A DNA stretch of 64,000 bases, from positions 1,952,001 through 2,016,000 of the forward strand of contig OY969695.1 in assembly GCA_963701965.1 (NCBI GenBank), read 5' to 3'. Source of the stretch: an uncultured Gemmatimonadales bacterium. Its GTDB lineage: Bacteria > Gemmatimonadota > Gemmatimonadetes > Gemmatimonadales > Gemmatimonadaceae. The notes beneath the pieces are model-generated. The model was not told the origin of the DNA. It saw only the letters and a list, made by a program, of their open reading frames with translations, and made no database searches. The position numbers and the translations under genes were made by a program. How positions within the stretch are numbered: the stretch's first letter is position 1; every line of letters starts with the position of its first letter. Shown here in pieces: positions 29,316 to 37,670 of the stretch.

Positions 29316-32300
29316 ATGAAACGAAACATGGTGCGCATGGTGGGACTCATGGCGGTCGCGTGGAGCGCGGCCGGTGCGCAGGAGGGCGGCCGGATCACGG
29401 GCCACGTGCTGGATGGCGCGGATAAGGTGCCTCTTTCGGCGGCCCAGGTTTTGGTCAGCGGCACGACGATCGGTACGATCACGAACGACAGTGGGACGTT
29501 CAACCTGCGCGTGCCGGCGGACGGCAAGAGCCTGACGGTCCGCCGCATCGGCTATCGGCAGTCGATTATCCCGTTGGTGGCCGGCCAGGCGGACTACACG
29601 GTCTCTCTGGACCGCGACGTGCTCCGTCTCGAGCAGCAGGTCATCACGGGCGTGGCGACAACCGTTTCGTCCAAGAACGCGGCGAACGCGGTGGCGGTGG
29701 TCTCCGCGGCGGCGGTCAACGAGGTGCCTGCCCCGACGATGGAGAACGCGATCCAGGGCAAGGTGCCCGGCGCGCTCATCGCGTCGAACAACGGCGGCGC
29801 CCCGGGCGGCGGACTCCAGATTCAGGTCCGCGGCGTGACGTCGATCAACGGCAACGCCTCACCGCTCTACGTCATCGACGGCGTCATCGTCAACAACGAG
29901 ACGGTGAACCCCGACGCCAACGCCATCAGCCAGTCGGGCGGCGGCACGACGTCGACCGGTCAGGCGGCATCGGCGGCGCCGAGCCGTGAGGACAACGGCG
30001 TCAATCGTATCGCCGACATCAACCCCGAGGACATCGAGTCCATCGAAGTCCTGAAGGGCGCGTCGGCGTCGGCCATTTACGGCTCCAAGGCCTCCGCGGG
30101 CGTGATCGTCATCACCACGAAGAAGGGCACCGCAGGCAAGCCGCGGTGGGACTTCAACTCGCAGCTCGGCCACTTCTCGCTGGAAAACACCCTGCCGATT
30201 CGCTCGTTCCCAACGCTCGGCAGCGCGCAGCTTTGGTATATCACCGACATCAAGGGCAAGGACGCCGCCACACCCGCGGCGACCGCGGACAGCGCGTTCA
30301 TCAAGACGGTCTACGCCGGTCCGCAGGATTACCAGAGCCAGTTGTTCGGCAATCCGCAGCTCTCGTACTCGTCCAACCTGAGCGTGTCCGGTACGGCCGG
30401 CCAGACGCAGTATTTCGTGTCCGGCCTCACCAAGTACGACAACGGCATCCAGGACAACACGGGTTACAACAAGCAGTCGATCCGCGCCAACGTCACGCAG
30501 GAGTTCAGCTCGAACTTCCACGTGTCGGCGAACCTGAACTACATCCACGACGTCACGCGGCGTGGTATCACGGGCAACGACAACATCGGCATCAGCCCGT
30601 ACAACGTCCTCTCGACGACGCCGCAGTTCGTCAGCCTGAATCATCAGGCCGCGAACGGCACGTGGCCGATCAACCCGTTCGGTTCGGCGAACCCGTTTGC
30701 CGACGCCGAGGAGATCGCCACGCCGGAGGCGCTGAGCCGCTTCATCGGCGGTGGCAACGTGAACTGGGACCTGTTCAAGACCGAGCACCAGACGTTGAAC
30801 TTCACGGCGATCGGCGGGGCCGACGTCGCGAACTACACCAGCCTCCTGTTCGCGCCGACCGACCTGCAGGTCGAGCAGTTGATTCCGAACGGTCTCGTGG
30901 GCACCTCGGTGACCAACTCGGCGTCGATCCAGTATTTCAACTACTCGTTGAACCTGAGCCACCACTACACGGGCTTGTCCTTCATGGACATGACCACGAC
31001 CGCGGGCTTCACGCGCGACCGGCGCAGCCTGACGAACCCGGTGACCGTCGGACAGAACCTGTTGGCGGGGGTCAACTCGCCGACGGTCGGCACGGTGCAG
31101 CAGAACTTCTATCAGCACACGCAGCAGCTCGACCAGTCGTTCTACGGCCAAGAGCAGCTGTTGCTCCTCGACCAGCGCCTCGCGCTGACCGGCGGCGTCA
31201 CGGCCGAGCGCTCGACGAACGACGGCAACATCGGACGGTTCTACGCGTATCCGCGCGGGTCGGCGTCGTTCCGGATCCCGCAGATCGCCAGCTTCGTCGA
31301 TGAGTTGAAGCTGCGCTTCGCCTATGGACAGTCGGGGAACCTGCCCCTGTACGGCGCCAAGTACACGCCGTTCAACCCGTCGCAGATCAGCGGCCTGGGC
31401 GGCATCTCGGGCAACCCGAACCACGGCGACCCGACGATCACGCCGGAGCAGGAAACCGAGATGGAGACGGGCTTCGACTTGACGTTCTTCAAGTCACGGG
31501 CGCAGTTCTCCGCGACCGTCTATCAGAAGCAGCTCTCCAACCTGATTCTCCAGGCCAGCGTTGCGCCGTCGCTCGGGTTCGCGACGCAGTTCTTCAACGG
31601 TGGTCAGTTCACGAACCAGGGTATCGAGCTGCAGCTGCAGGCAACACCGATCCAGACGCGTAGCGGCTTCGCGTGGACGTCGAACATCACGTACTCGCGT
31701 AACTACAGCGTCGTGAACTCGCTGCCCACGGCTCCTGGCCCGATCGGCAACACGTTCGGGTTCGGCAACGCGTTCCTCGCGCCCGGCCGCTCCGTCAGCG
31801 AGCTGGTGAATCCGAACATCCTCGGCAAGGACAACCTGCCGATTCAGGTGGGCGACTTCCAGCCGACGTTCCGGATGGACTTCGAAGAAGCGATTTCGTT
31901 TGGTCCGCTCCGCGCCTCTGGCCAGATGGAATGGAGCAAAGGCGGAAGCACGATCAACTTGACGAACCTGTACTTCGACGGCGGCCCGCAGCTCTGGGCT
32001 GACTCGGCGGCGTCCACGAACCGGCTCAATGCGTTCGTGAACGGCCTCACGCCGTATGTGCAGGACGCGACGTTCCTCAAGCTGCGTAACGTCTCGTTGA
32101 GCTACACGTTGCCCAAGGTCACGTACGGCTGGGCGCACGGGAAAATCGCCAGCGCCAAGCTGATTGCCAGCGGTTACAACTTGTTCAGCTGGTTCAAGTT
32201 CCCGGGACTCGATCCTGAAGTCAGCGTCAACGGAAATCAGACAGTCACACGAGGGCAAGACATCACCCCATATCCGCCGGCCCGAAGCTACTTCCTCGGC

Positions 32301-32318
32301 ATCGACCTGGGGCTCTGA
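29316..32318 (+). CDS. SusC/RagA-family TonB-linked outer-membrane protein (copy 2)
   Basis: Close paralogue of 15349-18342; signal peptide begins at ATG 29316 after a GGGGAG Shine-Dalgarno. Confidence 0.93.
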   Translation: MKRNMVRMVGLMAVAWSAAGAQEGGRITGHVLDGADKVPLSAAQVLVSGTTIGTITNDSGTFNLRVPADGKSLTVRRIGYRQSIIPLVAGQADYTVSLDRDVLRLEQQVITGVATTVSSKNAANAVAVVSAAAVNEVPAPTMENAIQGKVPGALIASNNGGAPGGGLQIQVRGVTSINGNASPLYVIDGVIVNNETVNPDANAISQSGGGTTSTGQAASAAPSREDNGVNRIADINPEDIESIEVLKGASASAIYGSKASAGVIVITTKKGTAGKPRWDFNSQLGHFSLENTLPIRSFPTLGSAQLWYITDIKGKDAATPAATADSAFIKTVYAGPQDYQSQLFGNPQLSYSSNLSVSGTAGQTQYFVSGLTKYDNGIQDNTGYNKQSIRANVTQEFSSNFHVSANLNYIHDVTRRGITGNDNIGISPYNVLSTTPQFVSLNHQAANGTWPINPFGSANPFADAEEIATPEALSRFIGGGNVNWDLFKTEHQTLNFTAIGGADVANYTSLLFAPTDLQVEQLIPNGLVGTSVTNSASIQYFNYSLNLSHHYTGLSFMDMTTTAGFTRDRRSLTNPVTVGQNLLAGVNSPTVGTVQQNFYQHTQQLDQSFYGQEQLLLLDQRLALTGGVTAERSTNDGNIGRFYAYPRGSASFRIPQIASFVDELKLRFAYGQSGNLPLYGAKYTPFNPSQISGLGGISGNPNHGDPTITPEQETEMETGFDLTFFKSRAQFSATVYQKQLSNLILQASVAPSLGFATQFFNGGQFTNQGIELQLQATPIQTRSGFAWTSNITYSRNYSVVNSLPTAPGPIGNTFGFGNAFLAPGRSVSELVNPNILGKDNLPIQVGDFQPTFRMDFEEAISFGPLRASGQMEWSKGGSTINLTNLYFDGGPQLWADSAASTNRLNAFVNGLTPYVQDATFLKLRNVSLSYTLPKVTYGWAHGKIASAKLIASGYNLFSWFKFPGLDPEVSVNGNQTVTRGQDITPYPPARSYFLGIDLGL

Positions 32319-32320
32319 TC

Positions 32321-33886
32321 ATGACACATACGAAACTGCGCGCCTCTTTCCTGGCGCTTGCGGCAGCCGCGGTAGCCTTCACGGCTTGCTCGGATACGAA
32401 CGTCCCATTCTTCACCGCTCCGACCAGCGTGCCGAGCACGCCGCCGGGCGTGCAGAACGGCATGACCGGCTTGTTCGCCGGCTCGCGGAACGATGTCCAG
32501 AGCTTCATTCTGGACATGACCGGGTACGGACGCCAAGGCGCCAACTTCACCAACACCGAGCCGCGGTTCATCACGTATGACCTCGGTGTCGTCCCGATTC
32601 CGTCGCAGAGCGGCACGATCTGGACGAACGCGTTCGCCAATATCCTGCAGGCGCATCAGATCCTCGCGACACTGCCGTCGGTGATTCCGGCATATACGCC
32701 GGCGCAGATCTCGGCGCTGACGGGCGTCGTGCAGACCATGATCGCCTACAACTACATGCACATGCAGATCGACCACGACTCCGGTGGTGGCACGATCCAG
32801 CCGGCCACGACGGCGGCGAACACGCCGCTGCCCGCGGCGCTCTGCAATCAGGACATGTGGAAGTACATCGTGGCGTTGCTCGACTCGGGGAACGCCCAGC
32901 TCAACACCGCTGGTGCCACGCCGATTCCCGTGAAGTTGCCGAACGGCTTCTCCGCGGTGAGTCAGGTTGCTGGACCCAGCACTGCCGCTGGCTCGTTCGC
33001 CGCGTTCAACCGGGCGCTTGCCGGTAAGGCGAACTTCGAGTTGGCGTACGCGCTCGCTCGTGGCCCTGGTGGCTCGGCCCCAACGGCGACCACGCCGGGG
33101 AGCCCCAACGTCGCGGCCCTGACCCGCGCGGATAGTGCGCTCACCAACTCGGCGCTCTACGCGCCGGGCGCCCTGGCGGCTGGACCTGCCGGGAGTTGGG
33201 CGGCCGATGCGCATAGCGTATTCTGGGACTTTTCCGCGACGTCGGGCGATCTCGTGAACCCGATGAATGCGCTGGTCGGAACGTATGTAATGCTCAAAGA
33301 ATTTGTCACGCTCGTCGACACGGCTGACCTGCGGTGGAAAGCGAAGTTCGCGCCGTACCCCGCGACGGTTCAGCAGCCGACGTACGCGCCGGTGGCGGTG
33401 CAGGTGTCCTATGCCATGTACGACCAACCGGGCAGCCTTATCCCGATCGTGCGGAACGAGGGCCTCGTCCTATGGCGTGCCCAGATTCAGCTCGGGCTGG
33501 GGAACTTGGCCACGGCCGCGGCCCTGACCGACCAGGTCCGTACCACGGTTGGTGGGGAGCCAGCGGGAACGACCGGGCCCACCACGGTCAGGAACTCGCT
33601 CGGAACCACGGTCACCTTCGCCAAAGTCGACCCGACCAGCTACACGTCGGTGCGCGACTACATCATGAGGGAACAGCAGGTCTCGACGGCGATCGAGGAT
33701 AACGGCGACCGGACGGCGGCGATTCGCGACTACCGGTTGGAGCTCGTCGCCGATACGACGTGGGATTCGTCGAACCCGACGATCAAGAAAGCAGCACCAA
33801 ACGGCGACCAGCACACGACCGTTGACCCCATCCCGTTCGCCGAGCTCTCGGCGCGCGGCGGAGCGTTTAACAAAACCTGCCCGTAA
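32321..33886 (+). CDS. SusD/RagB-family lipoprotein (copy 2)
   Basis: FTAC lipobox; shares CSDTNVPF, NTEPRFITY and terminal KTCP with copy 1. Confidence 0.85.
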   Translation: MTHTKLRASFLALAAAAVAFTACSDTNVPFFTAPTSVPSTPPGVQNGMTGLFAGSRNDVQSFILDMTGYGRQGANFTNTEPRFITYDLGVVPIPSQSGTIWTNAFANILQAHQILATLPSVIPAYTPAQISALTGVVQTMIAYNYMHMQIDHDSGGGTIQPATTAANTPLPAALCNQDMWKYIVALLDSGNAQLNTAGATPIPVKLPNGFSAVSQVAGPSTAAGSFAAFNRALAGKANFELAYALARGPGGSAPTATTPGSPNVAALTRADSALTNSALYAPGALAAGPAGSWAADAHSVFWDFSATSGDLVNPMNALVGTYVMLKEFVTLVDTADLRWKAKFAPYPATVQQPTYAPVAVQVSYAMYDQPGSLIPIVRNEGLVLWRAQIQLGLGNLATAAALTDQVRTTVGGEPAGTTGPTTVRNSLGTTVTFAKVDPTSYTSVRDYIMREQQVSTAIEDNGDRTAAIRDYRLELVADTTWDSSNPTIKKAAPNGDQHTTVDPIPFAELSARGGAFNKTCP

Positions 33887-33893
33887 TGCAATT

Positions 33894-34504
33894 GTGGGCA
33901 GGTTGCGGAATGCCCTAACCGTAGTAGGCGTGGCGTGCGCGGCCCTCTGGGCCGCGCCGCCCGCCGAGGCGCATAACGCGGCCCGCATAACGCGGCCTCG
34001 CATAACGCGGCCTCGCATAACGCGGCCTCGCATAACGCGGCCTCGCATAGCGCTGGATCCGAGGGGCGCGCGTGTCGCCCGCCGCTGTACAAGATCGACC
34101 TCCTCCCCCTCGATGAATCGGTCGCCGGCAAGGGTGTCGCCAGCATAGAGCCCGCCGTGACCCCGTTCGGGATGGCCCTGACCCCCGACGGACATGTGAT
34201 CTACGACGTCCACATCTCGCTCTCCAACCTGCCGCCGGCCTCCGAGTTGGGCGGCGCCGAATACGTTGCGTGGGTGACCTCGCCGGATCTCGACCGCGCC
34301 GAGCGGTTGAGCCCCATCGGCCACGATGGCACGGCGCAGGGACGCGTGACGATGAACAAGTTCATCATCTTGGTCACCGCCGAGCACACGCCGGTCGGGG
34401 CCCATTGGACCGGCCGCGTCGCGCTGCGCGGGTTCTCGCCAAGCACCTTTCTGCAGAACTTCTCCAGCGAAGAACTGTTCCTGGGCGGCACACCGCCATG
34501 CTGA
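33894..34504 (+). CDS. Small secreted accessory protein with (HNAAS)n repeat; 1-bp frameshift in the first repeat unit
   Basis: Signal peptide from GTG 33894; the downstream frame (RPPLYKIDLLP...DGHVIYDV...YVAW...NKFIILVTAE) matches the paralogue at 45548-46030. Confidence 0.7.
33971..34050 (+). repeat. Tandem 15-bp repeat GCATAACGCGGCCTC (one 14-bp unit, four full units, one partial)
   Basis: Read directly from the sequence. Confidence 0.95.
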
Positions 34505-36168
34505 GGCGCCTGTTGGCGATCGCATGGCTGCTGCCGATCGCCGTTCGGGCGCAACAGATGTCCGGCATGGACATGTCCGGTATGGATATGTCGGGCGACA
34601 CCGCGGCCGACCGCGCGCCGCCGATGCCCAAGGGCATGCCGATGATGCCGGGCATGGTCGGGAAAGGTCCGAGCATCGTCCAGTATCTGCCGGCCGACGC
34701 CGCCAGCATCAAAGCCGCCGTCCCGAGCACCGTGGTGACGGTCGCCAACGGCGACACGTTCAACCTAGACGCCAGCCTCGTCCGCCGAACGATCAACGGT
34801 CGCACGTTCGTCATGTACGGGTTCAACGGACAGTACCCGGGTCCGATGATCCGGGTGAAACAGCAGTCCACGATCACCGTGCGGTTCACCAATCACTTGG
34901 ACATGCCGTCGTCCGTGCACTGGCATGGCATTCGGTTGGACAACCAGTACGACGGCGCCGTCGGCGTCACGCAGGACGCGGTCCCACCCGGCGGGACCTT
35001 TGTCTACACGGTCCGGTTTCCGGATGCGGGTTTGTACTGGTACCACCCCCACGTGCGGGAGGACATCGAGCAGAATCTCGGATTGTACGGGAACCTGCTC
35101 GTCGACTCGCCGGATGCCAACTATTACAACCCCGTCAATGCCGAGCGCGCGCTCATCCTGAGCGATCTCTTGATCGACAAGAAGGGGCTTTTCCCGTACG
35201 GGAAGGACACGCCCGACTTCACGATCATGGGGCGCTTCGGAAACGTGATGCTGGTCAACGGCGAGCCACGGTACGCGCTCACGGCACACAAAGGAGACGT
35301 CGTGCGGCTCATGCTGACCGACGTGTCCAGCACGCGGAGCTACAACCTGAGTCTAGGCGGGGCCAAGCTCAAGCTCGTCGCCGCCGACGTCAGCCGCTAC
35401 GAGCACGAACAGATGGTCGACAACGTGACCATCGTGCCCGCGGAGCGCTACGTCGTGGATGCCAAGTTCGACAGCGCGGGCACCTTCGCGTTGACCAATC
35501 GCGTGCAGGCGCTGAACAACTTCTTGGGCGAGTACTCACCCGAGATCGACACGCTGGCGATCGTGACTGTCGATCCGACTCCGTCGGCGACGAGTTACGC
35601 CAAGGAGTTCGCGACGCTCCGGACCAACGCCGACGTCGCGTCCGAGATCGCGCGGTTCAAGGAGGCTTTCACCAAGGCGCCGGACAAGGAACTGGAGCTC
35701 ACGGTCAACATCCAGGGGCTGCCGACGCCGATCGTGGCGCTGATGGCCATCGACACGTCGTACTACTCGCCCGTCGAGTGGAACGACGGCATGCCCGACA
35801 TGAATTGGGTGTCGACGGCCAAGCAAGTGCGGTGGATCATGCGCGACAAGGCCACCGGCAAGGAAGACATGGACATCGACTGGCACTTCAAGAAGGGCGA
35901 TATGGTGAAGATCCGGATCCATAACGACCCCCAGTCGATCCACCCCATGGGCCATCCCCTGCACTTCCACGGTCAGCGCTTTCTGATCATCTCCCGCAAC
36001 GGCATACCCAACCCGTATCTGGCCTGGAAGGATACCGAGCTCATTCCCGTCGGGGAGACCGTCGACATCCTGCTCGACGCGTCGAACCCCGGGCGCTGGA
36101 TGGCGCACTGCCACATTGCCGAGCATCTCGAGGCCGGCATGCACCTCGTGTTCACCGTGGATCCATAG
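34498..36168 (+). CDS. Three-domain multicopper oxidase with Met-rich N-terminus
   Basis: HWHG, WYHPH, HPLHFHG, HCHIAEHLEAGM; MSGMDMSGMDM after the signal peptide. Confidence 0.93.
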   Translation: MLRRLLAIAWLLPIAVRAQQMSGMDMSGMDMSGDTAADRAPPMPKGMPMMPGMVGKGPSIVQYLPADAASIKAAVPSTVVTVANGDTFNLDASLVRRTINGRTFVMYGFNGQYPGPMIRVKQQSTITVRFTNHLDMPSSVHWHGIRLDNQYDGAVGVTQDAVPPGGTFVYTVRFPDAGLYWYHPHVREDIEQNLGLYGNLLVDSPDANYYNPVNAERALILSDLLIDKKGLFPYGKDTPDFTIMGRFGNVMLVNGEPRYALTAHKGDVVRLMLTDVSSTRSYNLSLGGAKLKLVAADVSRYEHEQMVDNVTIVPAERYVVDAKFDSAGTFALTNRVQALNNFLGEYSPEIDTLAIVTVDPTPSATSYAKEFATLRTNADVASEIARFKEAFTKAPDKELELTVNIQGLPTPIVALMAIDTSYYSPVEWNDGMPDMNWVSTAKQVRWIMRDKATGKEDMDIDWHFKKGDMVKIRIHNDPQSIHPMGHPLHFHGQRFLIISRNGIPNPYLAWKDTELIPVGETVDILLDASNPGRWMAHCHIAEHLEAGMHLVFTVDP

Positions 36169-36184
36169 GAGGAGGTCGCTACTG

Positions 36185-37585
36185 ATGCACAAACGTGTTC
36201 TGATCGCAGCCGCGCTCGTGCCTGTGCTCGCCCTGGCCCAACAAGGTCAGGGGGCGCCCGGCGTGTTGCCCAACGTCAAGAGTGGAGGGAGCACCAATAT
36301 CCATCTCTTGGGTCACGTCCCGTTGGGCGGGTTTTTCCGCGTCATGGACGATGAGATCGAACAGGACCCAGGCCGGCCCTACGCCTACGTATCGCAGGCG
36401 CACGATCGGCCGGGCTTCACGATCATGGACCTGCACGATCTGAATCACATCCACGTCCTGTACAACTGGCGCATCGAGAACGCCGACCTGCACAAAGGAC
36501 TCGGCGGCATGGACGGCAAGTACTTCAAGATCAAGGGCAAGTACTACTACGAGCAGTCTCTGCAGTTCATGCAGGGTGGTCCTGACGCCGATCTCGGCGC
36601 GGTCATCGCCGACGTCACGGGTCTGCCCGACACCAACAAGATCAAGATCGTGGCGCGGCTCCGTGAACCGGACCACCCGGGCGGCTTCCACAATACGTTC
36701 GTCTACAAGCACTCCGACGGGCGCGTCCTCCTGTTCAATACGTTGAACGCGCCGTTCGTCGAGATCTGGGATTTGGAAAAAGTTCTGGCGTCACCCGATA
36801 ACCCGAAGGCCGGTCTGATTGGACAGGTGCCGGTCCCCGGGGGAGAATCGAACGACCGCATGGGCCGCTACGGCTACCATGACTTCTATCTGGGTTACGA
36901 TCCCGCGACCCACCAGGACAAGTTCTACGGCGCGGGACGCGGTGGGTACTACATCTTCGACGTGACCGATCCCACGCAGCCCAAGCTCCTGACGTCGATC
37001 ACGGGTTCGGCGGGTATCGAGTTCGGTCACACGTTCACGCCGACGCCCGACGGCAAGTACGCGGTCGCCGAGACCGAGTACGAGTACGCGCCGCTCCGCA
37101 TCTTCGATCTGCAGCCGGGCTTGAGCGGTCAGGTGCAGGCCATCACGCGGCCAATCGGCGCCTGGACGGCCGACTGGCACGATCTCGCGCACAACCACGA
37201 GATCCGCTGGCCCTACGTGTTCGTCTCCGCGTACGAAGATGGGCTCCAGATCTTCAATATGATCGATCCCAAGAACCCGGTGACGGTCGGCTGGTACTAC
37301 ACCTGCCAGTGCGCCCATGAGACCGGCTTTGGCGGGATCCCGGCCTGGAACGGCACCAGCGTCGAGAACGGCGCGTTCGGCATCGACATCCGGAACTACG
37401 ACGGCGTGATCATGATCAGCGATGCCAACACCGGGGTATGGTTCTTCAAGTTGGATGGCTTCGACGGATGGAACGGCACCGACTGGGGGATGCCGAACAT
37501 CTCGAGCGTGCAGGACTACGATCACGGACCACCGGGCGCCAGCGGGCAGAAGAAAATGGCGCAGGCCACGCCCGGCGTACAGTAA
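36185..37585 (+). CDS. Secreted LVIVD-like beta-propeller protein with conserved His motifs (copy 1)
   Basis: Strong Shine-Dalgarno AGGAGGAGG; signal peptide; YIFDVTDP and LQIFNMIDP repeats; FHN, YHD, GHT and AHNHE motifs. Confidence 0.7.
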   Translation: MHKRVLIAAALVPVLALAQQGQGAPGVLPNVKSGGSTNIHLLGHVPLGGFFRVMDDEIEQDPGRPYAYVSQAHDRPGFTIMDLHDLNHIHVLYNWRIENADLHKGLGGMDGKYFKIKGKYYYEQSLQFMQGGPDADLGAVIADVTGLPDTNKIKIVARLREPDHPGGFHNTFVYKHSDGRVLLFNTLNAPFVEIWDLEKVLASPDNPKAGLIGQVPVPGGESNDRMGRYGYHDFYLGYDPATHQDKFYGAGRGGYYIFDVTDPTQPKLLTSITGSAGIEFGHTFTPTPDGKYAVAETEYEYAPLRIFDLQPGLSGQVQAITRPIGAWTADWHDLAHNHEIRWPYVFVSAYEDGLQIFNMIDPKNPVTVGWYYTCQCAHETGFGGIPAWNGTSVENGAFGIDIRNYDGVIMISDANTGVWFFKLDGFDGWNGTDWGMPNISSVQDYDHGPPGASGQKKMAQATPGVQ

Positions 37586-37602
37586 CAGGGCTGCTGGGCA
37601 GG

Positions 37603-37638
37603 ACAACGGGCGGCAGAGGGTACTCTGCCGCCCGTTGT
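37603..37638. terminator. Perfect 16-bp stem-loop after the propeller gene (terminator or REP-like)
   Basis: ACAACGGGCGGCAGAG-GGTA-CTCTGCCGCCCGTTGT; no clear U-tract. Confidence 0.6.
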
Positions 37639-37670
37639 GCATCGCGGCACCGTCGCGTTACTTCGACGCC

